A stretch of 64,000 nt of DNA, taken from the NCBI RefSeq assembly GCF_018350175.1, contig NC_058378.1, positions 48,608,001 through 48,672,000 on the forward strand, written 5' to 3'. Positions within the stretch are counted from its first letter, which is position 1. Every line of letters begins with the position of its first letter. A program made the position numbers and the translations under genes. Shown here one piece after another: positions 36,545 to 48,890 of the stretch. Under the pieces are notes generated by a model. The model was not told where the DNA came from and did no database searches. It saw nothing but the letters and a program-made list of their open reading frames with translations. The DNA comes from Felis catus. Taxonomy: Eukaryota.

Positions 36545-36926
36545 AAAACTATTATGAAGGGTTGGCAAACTTACGTACCCTTTGGTAAGCCATCCTGAAG
36601 ATAGTAATAGGACAAAATATAAGTTTAGGTACACGTTTATTCACTGTGTGTCTGACATGTTAGTATAGAAAAGACTGGAACAAACACCCGTGACTGTCAA
36701 TAAGGAACTGGCAGAATAAACTTTGGTTCAGCCACACAAAGATCAATCTGAGGCAATAAAAATAAATAAGAAATAGAGCCACATGTTGTTATTGTGTGCT
36801 CTCCAGGATATAGTTTGAAGAGAACAAAGCAAGATAGGAAAGAAAGTATGTATGTTATGCTACCACTCATTTAGAAACAAGACGAATACACATGGATGCA
36901 GATTTCTCCATATTAAACAAGTATAA
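36545..36926 (+). mobile_element. very old L1ME-type 3' fragment, left part
   Basis: AAAAGACTGGAACAAACACCCGTGACTGTCAATAAGGAACTGGCAGAATAAAC...CTCCAGGATATAG. Confidence 0.6.
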
Positions 36927-39149
36927 GAGACTTCCGCTTTTGGAAAGATGGAGTCCTTGTACGTTTTTCTTATTCTTCTTGCTAAGTAAAACTGAAATGT
37001 TCGATAGCACATATAGAGCAAACATTAGACGGACTATAACGTAGAGAGAAGAGAGAGCCCCTGGGGAACTTGGGAACCAAGGACCAATTGTGATTAGTTC
37101 TTTGGGTTTTCTTTTTCCTCGTATTTTCCAAACGTGGGGCTGAAGGAGAAGCCAGCTACCTAGAAGTGTTGACGGTCACAGACAAAACAAAATAGAACAA
37201 AACAAAACAAAGCAAAAACCAAACTAACAAAAGCTTAAAAAAACTAAAAAAAAACCTAAAAAAACTAAAAAAGCTTAAAAAAGCTAAACCAGATGACTAT
37301 GAAAGAAGCAGCCTAGAAAGACAGAATAATGACCCTACTCCAAACACCCCAGATAAAAAAGTGACCCCGCCTACTTCCATACCAGCAAAAGCTGAGTGAA
37401 GAGCCTAAGCTTCACCACTCTGTCAGGGGGCACCCCAACACCCTGGTTGATGTAGTGTCAGAGAAGGCCCAGTGGGGAGCCAAGACTTTCATCTCTCCCA
37501 GGTTATAGAGCCTCTCTCTATGCAGAGAGTCATGGAAACCATATGTGGAGCCGGGGCTTCCATTTGTGCCATGCGGTAATGAGGCACCTTCCCTTCCCCA
37601 CTGGGGGTGGTGACAGAGGAGGTGATAAAGCAAAGTCTGGACTCTCACCACCACTCAGTAGTAACGAGGCCACACCATCTGTGACATCAGTGCCTCCATG
37701 TGGAGAGCAGTAACAAGGTATATCTGTCACTCCCAGACAGGGAGGTACCAGTGGAGGCAGAGTGGGGAGATAGAACTCCTGTCCCTGTCCAGCAGTAATG
37801 AGACGCTCCCTTCATCTCAGGTACCAATGGAGGCCAAGTGACAAAACCAGATTTCTAAATCCATCTGGTCGTAATGACATAACAAATCTCCCTTTCTTCA
37901 GTGGAGCACTGTCAGAAAAAGCCAGCAAACAGATGGTTTAGATAAGATGCAAAATCTCAAAACATAATATGCAAACTCACAAAAATTCAATAAAAAATCA
38001 CTCATCAGACTGAAAACCAGGACGATCATGAACTGAATGTAAAAAGATAATCAATAGATGCCAAAACCGAGATGACAGAAGTGTTCGTTATTTAAGCAAG
38101 GTTTTTAAATCAGTCATCACGGAAATGCTTCAGTGAACAATTAGGAACGTGCTTAAAACAAATGAAAAAAGAGAACGTCTTAGCAAAGAAGCAGAGGCAG
38201 AAAGAGAAACCAAACAGAGTGGAAATTTTCTAATTTTCTAAAATACAATAACCAAAATTAAAAGCAAATAAGTAAACAAAGTCCATGGCTTGGGCTCAAG
38301 AGCATAATGGAGAATCCGAGCAAGAATCAATGAATGGACAGAAAAATAGAGACTATCCAATCTTTACAACAGAAACAACATAAGCTGGAAACGATTAATA
38401 AAGACTCAGGTTCTATAACAAAAGATCTAACATTTGTGTCACCGGAGTCCTTTAAGGAGAAGAGAAATAGAATAGGGCTACAAAAGTACTCAAAAGAAAA
38501 ATGACTGAAACATCCCTAACTTGGGGGAAAAAGGTACAAATCTATAGCTTCAAGAAACAGCGCAAACACCAAATAAGATACACGGAGACACGTCATAGTT
38601 AAAATTTGTAAACTAAAGACAAAGTAAATATCATGAAGGAAGCAGGAGTATATATTACCTATAGGGAAAAGCAATTCAGGTGACAGTGGATTTCTCATCA
38701 AAAACCATGGGGGTCAGAAGGAAAGGGCACACATTTTTTAAATGCTGAAATAAAACAACCGTCAACCCCAAATCCCATACTCAGTAAAAATATCCTTCAG
38801 GAATGAGGGGAAAACAAGATAGTCTCAAACAAAGGAAAACTAAGAGTTGATCACCAGCAGAACTAACCTAAAAGAATAGCTAAAGAGAAAGGAAGCAGGA
38901 GCCTCAGAACATCAGGAAGGAAAATGAACACATAATAGAAACTATTGGTAAATGAAATAGTAATACTCTGTAATACTGAAGTACCTTAATACTCCATAAT
39001 ACACTTGAGTTTTCTAAATTATAATTGATGGGTGAAAAAAATTGTAGCACTATCTGATGTGGTTCTAAGTGTATAAAAGGGGGAGAGTAGAGAAACAGAA
39101 AGGAATTACATTTCACTTGAATTGGTCAAATATGACACCAAGGGACTCT

Positions 39150-39208
39150 GATACATATGTATATATACATATATACATATATGTGTGTGTGTGTGTGTGT
39201 GTGTGTAT
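39150..39208. repeat. (TA)n-(TG)n compound microsatellite
   Basis: direct reading. Confidence 0.9.
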
Positions 39209-39259
39209 ACAAATGTGTAGAGCAGCCAATTAAACAGCTATATGAAGATATGTACTCAA

Positions 39260-39471
39260 GGGACACCTGGGTGGCTAAGTCAGCTATGTGTCTGACTCTT
39301 GATGTCAGCACAGGTCATGATCTCAAGGTTCATGAGTTCAAGACCCTTGTTGGGCTCCATGCTGTCAATGCAGTGCCTGCTTGGGATTCTCCCTCTCTCT
39401 CCCTCTCTCTCTGCCCCTCCCTTGCTCTTGCTCTCTCAAAATAAATACATTACTTTAAAAATATTTTTAAA
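39260..39471 (+). mobile_element. older carnivore SINE within L1MC
   Basis: TSD AAGATATGTACT 39245-39256 / 39472-39483. Confidence 0.93.
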
Positions 39472-40338
39472 AAGATATGTACTGACAAATATTGTAGATA
39501 AATCAAAATAGAATTTTAAAAAATATTCAAATAACCCACAGGAAGGTAGAAAAAAGAAACAACCACAAAAAAAGAGAAAATCACATGGAAAGCAACATTT
39601 CAGATTTAACCCCTAACACATCAATAACTATATTAAGAGGTTGAAGGGCACTGTTTAAAAGACAGAGACCAGCCAAGTGGATTAAAATCGCCACCCAACT
39701 ATATAAAGTCTATAAAAAACTCACTTCAAGTATAATGATATAGGCAGATTGAAAGTAAAAAGATAAGAAAAATATATATGCAAACATTAACCAAGAAAGA
39801 ACAGGAGTGACCATATTAATATTAGACTTCAAAGCAAAGAAAATTACTACAGACAGGAAAAGACATTACATAGTGATTAAAGGATATATCAAGAAGATGT
39901 AACAATCCTAAAATGTATGTAAACAAACAATAAATCTGCAAATTATGTGAAGCAAAAGCTAGTGGAACTGAAAGGAGAGATAAGCAAATCTACAATTATA
40001 GTTGGAGTTTTCAGCATCTCTCTCACATACATTTGGTGGAAAAGCTAGACAGAAAATCAGGGGGAATATTGAACAATTCAGTGACAGTATTGACCAACAG
40101 GACCTCTGGGATATGTAAGAAACATTCTACCAAGAACAACAGAATATACATTTTTATTTTCAAGGACCCACAGTACATATTCCAAGGGAGGTCGTAACCT
40201 GGGCAATAAAACAAAAATCAACAAATTTAAAAGGACTAAAATTACAGCAATCGTTCTCTGACCCCAGTGGAATCGAATTAAAAATCAATAAAAGAAAATT
40301 CTAAAAATTTTCAAGTAGTTGAAAACTTAACAAAACAC

Positions 40339-40550
40339 TTTTAATTTTTTTAAATGTTTACTTACTTTTGAGAGAGAGAGAGAGAACACAAAATGTGGAG
40401 GGGCAGAGAGAGGAAGAAACGGAATCCGAAGCAGGCTCCAGGTTCTGAGCTGTCAATACAGAGTCGAGTCGGGGCTCAAACTCACTGACCATGAGATCGT
40501 GACCTGAGCCAAAGTCGGACACTCAACGGACTGAGCCACCCAGGCGCCCC
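40339..40550 (-). mobile_element. felid-type SINEC within L1MC
   Basis: TSD TTAACAAAACAC 40327-40338 / 40551-40562. Confidence 0.96.
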
Positions 40551-40718
40551 TTAACAAAACACATTTAAGTAATGCATGAATTAAAGAATAAGTATCAAGG
40601 AAAATAAAAAAAAAATTGTGTTGAATTGAATGAAAATTAAGATATAACATTATCACAATTCAGGGGCTTCACTGAAGCAGTATTGTGATGGAAATGTATA
40701 GCTGAAACATGCATTGGA

Positions 40719-40903
40719 GGGGTACCTGTGTGGCTTAGTCGGTTCAGCACATGTCTCTTGGTTTCAGCTCAGGTCATGAACTCACGGTTCATGAGTTCGA
40801 GCCCCACATCCTGCTTGGGATTCTCTCTTTCTCCCTCTCTCTCTGCCCCTCCCCTGCTTGCTACCTTTCTCTCGAAATAAATAAACTTAAACACACACAC
40901 ACA
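40719..40903 (+). mobile_element. carnivore SINE with internal deletion and (CA)n tail
   Basis: GAGCCCCACATC joins directly to CTGCTTGGGATTC, so the central ~25 bp is missing. Confidence 0.9.
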
Positions 40904-42738
40904 CAAACATTAGAAAAGAGAAAAATCCCAAATCAATAATCTAAGCTTCCACCTCAAAGATCTAGAAATACAAGACCAATGTAAGCCAAAAACATTTAGA
41001 AGGGGACAAATAATAATGATAAGGGTAGAAATGATGGGAAGAAAAAAACTGAACAACAGCAAATGACGTCAATAACTCAAAACACTTGTTTGAAAAGATC
41101 AAGAAAATTGACAAACTTCTAATAAGACTGGCCTAGTAAAAAGACAGATGATACAAATTACCAATATTAGGAATTAACCAAGGAATATGACTTGAGACTC
41201 TGTATACAAAAAAGCCTAATGGGAAAATGTTATGAATAACCCTGTATGCATAAACTTGAAAATGTGGCTGAACTACACCAGCTCCTTGGAAAGGGCAAAC
41301 TACTATAACTCAGCAAATATGAAATAAATCATTTTAATAGCTTTAAAACTATTAAGGAAGCTAAATTCGTAATTAATACTCCCCAAAAAAGAAATCTCCA
41401 GATTCAGATGGTTTCACTGGAGGACTCTACTAAATTTCTAAAAAATTGACACCAATTCCACAGAATTTATTCCAAAAAAAATGTTGTATAAAGGACATTT
41501 CCTAACTTATTTTATGAAGCTAACAATATCTGGATACCTAAATCAGACAAATACAGTACAAAAAATAAAACTATCTGCCAATATCTCTCATTAATATTGA
41601 TGTAAAAAATCACTAACAGAATTCTAGCAAATAAAATCTAGCAATATATGAAGAAAAATTATACACCACAGCCAAATAAGGTTTATGTCAAAAATGCCTG
41701 GTTTGTTCAATATTTTCAAAATCAATCAGTGCAATCCACCACATTATTAGGCTAAAGTACAAAAATCACATAATTATGTTAATTAATGTAGAAAAATTAT
41801 TTGAAAATATCTAGTATTTGTTCATCTAAAAATTCTCAAAAAACTAGGAATACAGGAGCACCTCTTCAACTTGATGATGAGTGTCTACAAAAACCCCACA
41901 GCTAATTTCATATTAGTGATAAAAAACTTAATATTGTCCCTGTAAGTGTCGGGATAAGGCAAGGATGTTATATGTTACCACAATATAGTATTGGAAGCTC
42001 TGCCCAGTGGAATAAGGCAAGAAAAGAAAAGAAAAGAAAAGAAATGCAGATTTTAATGGAATAAATAAAATTTATAGATAGCATGATCATCTACCTAAAA
42101 ATTAAAAAAAAAAATTCCTAGAATTAATACACGAGTGCAGCAAGTTCACAGGATACAAGATAAACATACAAAAATGAATTTTATTTCTACATCTTACCAA
42201 TTAACATGTGAAAGCCGAAATTAAAAATACATACCACTTACAATTGCTCAAAAAATGCATAGGAATAAATTCAATAAAATACATACGGAGCTTGTATGCT
42301 GAAAACCACAAAACTCTGGTGAAAGAAATCAGAGATCTAAGTAAATAGAGAGCCATATAATGTTCCTGGATTGAAAGATTTTGCATAGTAAAAATGTTAA
42401 TCCTCCTCAAATTGATATACAGTTTTAACACCATCCTTATCAAAACCAAAAGAATTTTAAATATAAGGACACTTATTCTAAAATTTATTTGAAAAGGCAA
42501 GGAAACTAGAATAGCTGAAATAATTTTGAAAAAGAAGAATAAAGTGGGAGAAATCTGCCTACCCACCTACTGTTAAGACTTATATAGTTGACGGTGATCA
42601 AGATTCTGTATTATCAGAGAAACAGACATCGATCAATGGGCTAGAAGAGGTTAGTCAAAAATATATCCACACAAATATGCCCAACTGATTTTGGGCAAAG
42701 GTACAAAAGCAATTCCATTGAGAAAAGATAACCTTTTT

Positions 42739-42958
42739 TTTTTTTAATTTTTTTTAATGTTTATTTATTTTTGAGACAGAGAGAGACAGAGCATGAGCAG
42801 GGAAGGGGCAGAGAGAGAGGGAGACACAGAATCTGAAGCAGGCTCCAGGCTCCGAGCTGTCAGCACAGAGCCTGACGCGGGGCTCGAACTCATGAACTGT
42901 GAGATCATGACCTGAGCTGAAGTCGGACGCTCAACCAACTGAGCCACCCAGGCGCCCC
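42739..42958 (-). mobile_element. felid SINEC within L1MC
   Basis: TSD AAAGATAACCTTTTT 42724-42738 / 42959-42973. Confidence 0.97.
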
Positions 42959-44260
42959 AAAGATAACCTTTTTAACAAACAGTGCCGGAAGAAATGGACA
43001 TTTATAGGTAAAAAATGAACCTTCATGTAAACCTTACACCTTATTCAAAAATTAACTCAACATGGATCACAGACATAAATTTAAAATGTACGGTGATAAC
43101 ATTTTCAAAAAAAAAAAAATTGAAAAGATTCAAAATCTAGGACTAGGCAAGACCGGAGGCCAAAAGCACAATGCATAGAAGGGGTAATTAACAAACACTT
43201 GCTCTGTGAAAGACCCTGTTTGAAATAGAAAACAACAAGCTATAGAGTCAAATAACATATTTGAAAATCACATATCTGACAAAGGACTAATATGTGGACT
43301 CTCAGAACTCAACACTAAAAAACAACCTAATTAGAAAATGAGCAAAATCATGAACATTTTACTGAAGAGAATAAACAGATGGAAAATAGGCGCACGGAAA
43401 TATATTCAGCATCATTAGCCACCATTAAAATACGCAAATTACAATCTCTATGAGATACCACCAAGTCCTATCAGATTATCTAAAATAAGAAATAATCACA
43501 CCATCAAATGGCAGTGAGAATCCAGAGAAATTGGATTACTCAGACATTGCTCATGGGAATAAAAAATTATACAATTCTTCTGGAAAACAAGTTGTTAGTT
43601 TCTTACGGAATTAAGCATGCAGCTATCACACAACCAAGAAATTGTACTCTTTGGCATTTATCTCAGAGAAATAGAAATTTATGTGCATTCAAAATTTGTA
43701 TATAGATTTTCATTGCAGTATCATAGCCAAAAAAATTGGAAATGCCCAGATGCCCTTTGGTAAGTGAATGGTTAAACAAATAGTGGTACATCCATGTCAC
43801 GGAGTACTACTAAGCAAAAACAAAACAAAACAAGACCCCTGTGGATACATGCAACAATTTGGATGAATCTCAAGGTTGTTAGCTAAACTAAAGTCAATCA
43901 CAAAAGGTTATATGCAGTATAAGTCCATTTATATATTACTCTTGAAATGACAAAATTAGAGAGATGGAAAAGAGATTAGTGGTTTCTAGGAATATAGGAT
44001 GGGAGGGGCTGAAGGGGAATATAAAACGGTGATGTGAGAGATCCTTGTGGTCATGGAAATATTCTGTATCGTGACTCGATCAATATCAGCATCCTCGTTG
44101 TGATATTGTAGAATACCGTACTGCATTTTGCATCCAATGCTATATTGGATTTTACATTACAGTACAACATTGTGTGCATTGCATTATATTGGATCCTGGT
44201 TGTGATTTATAAGATGTTGCCTTGGAAAATATCTAAAGAAAGAGTACATAGGATTTCTTT

Positions 44261-44488
44261 TTTTTTTTTTTTTAATTTTTTTTTTCAACGTTTATTTATT
44301 TTTGGGACAGAGAGAGACAGAGCATGAACGGGGGAGGGGCAGAGAGAGAGGGAGACACAGAATCGGAAACAGGCTCCAGGCTCTGAGCCATCAGCCCAGA
44401 GCCCGACGCGGGGCTCGAACTCACGGACCGCGAGATCGCGACCTGGTTGAAGCTGGACACTCAACCAACTGCGCCACCCAGGCGCCCC
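44261..44488 (-). mobile_element. young felid SINEC_Fc
   Basis: diagnostic GGGACAGAG...AATCGGAAACAGG...CCATCAGCCCAG; TSD TAGGATTTCTTT 44249-44260 / 44489-44500. Confidence 0.97.
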
Positions 44489-44576
44489 TAGGATTTCTTT
44501 TAACTACATGGGAATCTACAACCATCTTAAGTGAAAAGTTTAATATTCACAACCACAAAATAATGAAAACAATCCA

Positions 44577-44836
44577 GGAGCACCTGGGTGGCTCAGTTGG
44601 TTAAGCATCTGACTCTTGGTTTTGGCTCAGGTCGTGATCTCACAGTTCGTGGGTTCGAGTTCCACATTGGGCTCTGCGCCGACAGCATGGAGCCTGCTTG
44701 GGATTCTCTCTCCCTCTCTCTCTGCCCCTCCCCTGCTCACTCGTTCTCTTGGGATTCTTTCCCTACCTCTTTCTCTCTCTCTCTCTGCCCCTTCCCCCTC
44801 AAAATAAATAAATAAGCAAAAAAAAAAAAAAAAAAA
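44577..44836 (+). mobile_element. carnivore SINE with internal duplication
   Basis: CTTGGGATTCT...CTGCCCC segment at 44697-44747 and again at 44748-44798. Confidence 0.93.
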
Positions 44837-44849
44837 GCAAGAACCCCAA

Positions 44850-45180
44850 ACAAATCAAAACAACAATGTTGCATTTGGGGGAGGAAGAGAATGTGGTGGA
44901 AAGAACAGGGATAGCAGCAGCTGGATTTCTTTCTGCATGCTTTCTTTCGGTGGATTTAACTCTGAAATCTTTTGTGTAATTATAATACAATTAACTTTAA
45001 AATATGAAATCCTTAAAAAGGAAAAGCTGCTGGGAAGAAATAAGACACCTAACTATATTGACTTGTGGCATAAACATGCAGATTAAAATTGAAAAATATA
45101 AATATTCTCAGTGATTCTATTATTGGAGATAGCTTTGGTGTTGTTATTGAGACTTTTTTTTTATGTCTTTAATTGTAAGA
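44850..45180 (+). mobile_element. very old L1ME-type 3' fragment, right part
   Basis: GGAAAGAACAGGGATAG...GATTTAACTCTGAAATC...CCTAACTATATTGACTTGTGGCATAA resembles the L1ME3 3' end. Confidence 0.55.
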
Positions 45181-45201
45181 TAGAGCAAATAAGTAATTTT
45201 T

Positions 45202-45452
45202 AAAAATGTTTTATTTTATTTTATTTTATTTTTTTCAACGTTTTTATTTATTTTTGGGACAGAGAGAGACAGAGCATGAACGGGGGAGGGGCAGAGAGAG
45301 AGGGAGACACAGAATCGGAAACAGGCTCCAGGCTCTGAGCCATCAGCCCAGGGCCTGACGCGGGGCTCGAACTCCCGGACCGCGAGATCGTGACCTGGCT
45401 GAAGTCGGACGCCTAACCGACTGCGCCACCCAGGCGCCCCATTATTTTATTT

Positions 45453-45486
<34 letters not shown>

Positions 45487-45670
45487 TGCGTGCATGCAAG
45501 CGGGGGAGGGGCAGAGAGAGAGGGGGACAGAGGATCAGAAGTGGGCTCTGTGCAGACAGGCTAACAGCAGGGAGCCCAATGTGGAGCTCCAACTCACGAA
45601 CTGTGAGATCATGACCCGGTCTGAAATCAAGAGTCGGGCGCTCAACTTGACTGAGCTACCCAGGCACCCT
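45202..45670 (-). mobile_element. older carnivore SINE hosting a nested young SINE
   Basis: TSD GCAAATAAGTAATTTT from 45185 / GCAAATCAGTAGTTTT from 45671. Confidence 0.93.
45221..45440 (-). mobile_element. young felid SINEC_Fc inserted in the tail of the older SINE
   Basis: CpG-intact body ending CCACCCAGGCGCCCC at 45440; flanked by TTATTTTATTTT. Confidence 0.96.
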
Positions 45671-46384
45671 GCAAATCAGTAGTTTTGTTGAAGTTGCAAG
45701 GAATTGAGAATTTTAGCAGGACAGAAAGAAGATACAAAAATAAGATGAATGAAGTTAAGTAAAAGGTGTGTCGACACCACCTCCGTGCTGCCCACAGCAG
45801 TAGCACAGGGCGCTCCTGGGGGTGGAGAATCCCATCCCCGGCTGCCACCCAGCAGCTGCAGGCTGCTGTCTCTGCTGGAAATGGTGTCAGATGAAGACAG
45901 ATTGGGGAGTATCATCTCTTACCCACCCACCCGCCAGTAATATAAGCAGAAACAGAGCAGGGAGCCCCTTCTTCTGTCTCTTCGGCAAAGACAGCAGGGG
46001 GGCCTGCCCACCAGCTGCACCAGCAAATCTAGCATTTTCTATCCAGCTGTAGAAGATGACCCAGACTCACCCACATCAGTCCTGGTGTCTCTTAGTCCTT
46101 TACTCATGGGCTAAAGATGACCTAGCCTCGGGGTCTTCTAAATCCCCACTCCAGTGGCAGAAAGCAACATAAATGCTTTCATCCCCTGGTGGCACCAACA
46201 GAGAGCCAGCAGAAGCTTTCAGCATCAGGAGAACCAGAGAGCAGGCCCAAGGAAGCTATCTATCCTGTGAGCTTGGCCCCACCAACATCCACCTAGAAGC
46301 ACGGGGAGGCCCAGAGAATACCTTCTATTCCTGTCGGCAGCACCTTTAGGGATTGAGTAGAATTCCCACCAGCACTGAGCAGCT

Positions 46385-46660
46385 GGACGCAAAATGTCAC
46401 ACACCGTATGATTTCATTCATGTGACATCATCAGAGTAAGTAAATCCAGAGACAGAACACAGATAGGTGGTGACCAGGGGCTGGGAGGTGGGGAGAAAAT
46501 ATAGAGGAACTCTTTGATGGGTAAAAAGCTTTACTGTTGGGCCCATGGACATTTTGGGGGCCTAGATACAGCTGATGGGTGCACAGAATTGCGAATGCAC
46601 TAAATACCCCTGAGCTGTTTTTACATTATGTGAGTTTCACCTCAATAAGGAAAATGAAAT
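46385..46660 (+). mobile_element. L1MB-type 3' end
   Basis: GTATGATTTCATTCATGTGAC...AAATCCAGAGACAGAA...GTGACCAGGGGCTGGGAGG...TATGTGAGTTTCACCTCAATAA. Confidence 0.8.
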
Positions 46661-46679
46661 ACTTCACATTAGAAAAATC

Positions 46680-47105
46680 ACAAAAAAACCTCAGACAGCC
46701 CAGTTTAGAATGGGGAAAAACATGAGCAAAACTTTTAACAAAGAGGATCTGTAGATCGCAAATAAACAAACACATGAAGAGATGCTCAACATGGTTAGCC
46801 ATTAGGGAGATGTGAATTACAACCAAAGTGATATATCGGTGCACACCCATCAGAATGGCTAAAATGGAAATAGTGATAGTAAAAAATGCTGATGAGGACG
46901 AGCTTCATACATTGCTGTGGGAATGTGGAAATGAGTATATAGCCTCTTTGGAAAAGAGCTAAGCAGTTTCTTATAAAAAAAACTACACGTACACTTATCA
47001 TACAACTCAGTAATGGCACCCGTGGGCATCTGTCCCAGACAAATGAAAACCTGTCCACATAAAAACCGATATGCAATGGTTTATAGCAGCTTTACTCATA
47101 GCAGC
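46680..47105 (+). mobile_element. L1 ORF2 C-terminal fragment
   Basis: CACATGAAGAGATGCTCAACATGGTTAGCCATTAGGGAGATG (HMKRCSTWLAIREM). Confidence 0.85.
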
Positions 47106-47559
47106 CTTTGGAGAGGAGCTGCCTAAGAGAGCTTCCTGGCCCGAATCAGTCTGTGATATAAGATAAATATTTATTTGTGCTTCACGGCTGGGTCTCCCCC
47201 CTCACTTCTCCCTTGGTGTTTCCTTCGCAGTGGACAAATCCGTGGCTGCTCCCTTGTTCATGTCTCACTTTCTGTCTGGTTTGCTTTTTCTTGACAAGGA
47301 GGGAAGACTCAAACTATCCCACGCCTGCCTGTCTTGGAATAGGGTCTTCTGTATGCTTATCTGTGTTTCCCAGTTTTTTCCGGTATTAATATACCTTACT
47401 ATTTATTTTTAATGCCTGCATGACAAATGTTTATAATAGAAATACCCATGGTGGGAAGGAAGATGAAAAATAGCAGAGAAGGAAAATATTGTCTTCTAAA
47501 TGTCAGCTTATAGCGCTCTCCTTGTGCTAGACTATTACTTCAATAATGGCAATGAACCA

Positions 47560-47923
47560 TCAGGTGAAGCTCCCCTCCACACTGTCGTAGACTGGGCCTG
47601 TGGCTGCTCTGACAGATAGAATACTAGTTCTCTAGAGATGGCACTTACTTGGTCTGGTAGCTTCTGCTCCCTTTTCTTGGAACACTTTCCTTGGAATCCA
47701 GCCTCCGTGCCATGAGACAGCTCAAGCAGCCACTCTGAGAACCAGGGAACCAAGGAACTGAGCTGATGGCCCCAGACGAGCAACTGGCCGAGGTGTTCCA
47801 GTGCCTCAGCTGACAGCTGACTCCACCCAGAAGAGAAAGGCCAACCCATTCAATGGGAAGAGATAAACAAATGGTCTTTTAAGCCGCTAAGTTGATTTGT
47901 GCCCCAATAATACATAACTGGAC
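47560..47923 (+). mobile_element. MLT1 (MaLR) solo LTR
   Basis: GACTGGGCCTGTGGCTGCTCTGAC...TTGGAATCCAGCCTCCGTGCCATGAG...TTTTAAGCCGCTAAG...ATAACTGGACA. Confidence 0.7.
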
Positions 47924-47929
47924 ACACTC

Positions 47930-48430
47930 TTCCCTAAAGCCTTCCCTGGTCTTTACCACTGGCAGTAATCCTTTCCTCCTGTGACCGTCACCGCACATTA
48001 CTGTAATCGCGGGTCCATTTCCCACGTACCGCTGTGTTACAGTTATCTGTTTATATGCCCACTTTAGTCACAAAATAGGAGCTGCCTGGAGCAGGACCTG
48101 TGTCAGATTAGACACTGGAGGCATTACAGGACAGTGGCTAAGAGTTTAGGCTTTGAGGATGAGCTAGGTCACACTTGGATTCTACTATTTACCAGCTCTG
48201 CAACCTTGGGCAAATCTTTTCACTTCTCTGTACATCCAATTCTTCTTCTGTAAAAGAGTTATTGCAAGGATGAAGTGAGTCGGTGTATGGAAAGCACTTA
48301 GGTCAGTGCCTGGCGTATAATAAACACTCAGTATATATTAGTGTCATCATAATTTTCCCTATCATCCGGCTCAGCATCTGATCTATTGTAAGGACTCAAT
48401 AGATCCTGAATGAACAAATAAAGAATGGGT
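47930..48430 (+). mobile_element. L2 3' end interrupted by a MIR
   Basis: CTTCCCTAAAGCCTTCCCTGG...; terminus CTCAATAGATCCTGAATGAACAAATAAA. Confidence 0.6.
48130..48345 (+). mobile_element. MIR
   Basis: CAGTGGCTAAGAG...ACCTTGGGCAAATC...TCTGTAAAA...AAAGCACTTAGGTCAGTGCCTGGCGTATAATAAACACTCA. Confidence 0.85.
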
Positions 48431-48440
48431 GGGAAGGTGG

Positions 48441-48890
48441 GTGCGGCAGATTCGGGATGCCCGAAAATTCTCTAACGCTCCTCCTTCTGAGAGGGAGCTT
48501 TCTGCCCTAGCCTTTGAATTTGTGCTAGCCCGTGACCGCTTTGCCCAACTGAATATAGTGTAAGTGACACACACCGGCCCTGGGAGCCCTAATCCACCAT
48601 GTGAGGAATCCATTTACACCGTGGGAGAGGGAGAGGGTCCCAGCTGGACTCACCCTTCCATCTGACGCCTCCAAGGCACCGGGTGTGTGAATAAAGACAT
48701 TTGAGGCTTTTCAGACAGCCCAGCCATCATTTGGTGACCACCAGGGGAATCCAGTCCATCCACACCATGTGAGGCAACATAGTCAGCTAAGCTCTGACCA
48801 AATTCTGACTTACGACATCGTGTAATGTTACAAAGTAGTTGTTAATCTTAAGCCCAAGTTTTGGGAAAGGTTGTTATGGAGCAGTGGGTC
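48441..48890 (+). mobile_element. MLT1 (MaLR) solo LTR
   Basis: TGCGGCAGATT...CTCCTCCTTCTGAGAGG...CCTTTGAATTTGTGCTAG...TTAAGCCCAAGTTTTGGG. Confidence 0.7.

Larger units (their letters stand above)
36929..44547 (+). mobile_element. near full-length ancient L1MC (5' UTR, ORF1, ORF2 remnants, 3' UTR), inactivated
   Basis: 5' GACTTCCGCTTTTGGAAAGATGGAG; ORF2 remnants DFKAKKIT (about 39826), KSPDSDGFTGGLY (about 41392), FIDSMIIYL (42071-42097, decayed FADD); L1MC 3' UTR; many stops. Confidence 0.9.

Noticed and set aside
39590-43800. L1 ORF2 as an active or domesticated gene
   Set aside because: Numerous stops, frameshifts and SINE insertions; catalytic FADD decayed to FIDS.
45920-46380. Possible additional L1M 5'-UTR remnant
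   Set aside because: Only a vague resemblance; I could not anchor it to a remembered consensus.
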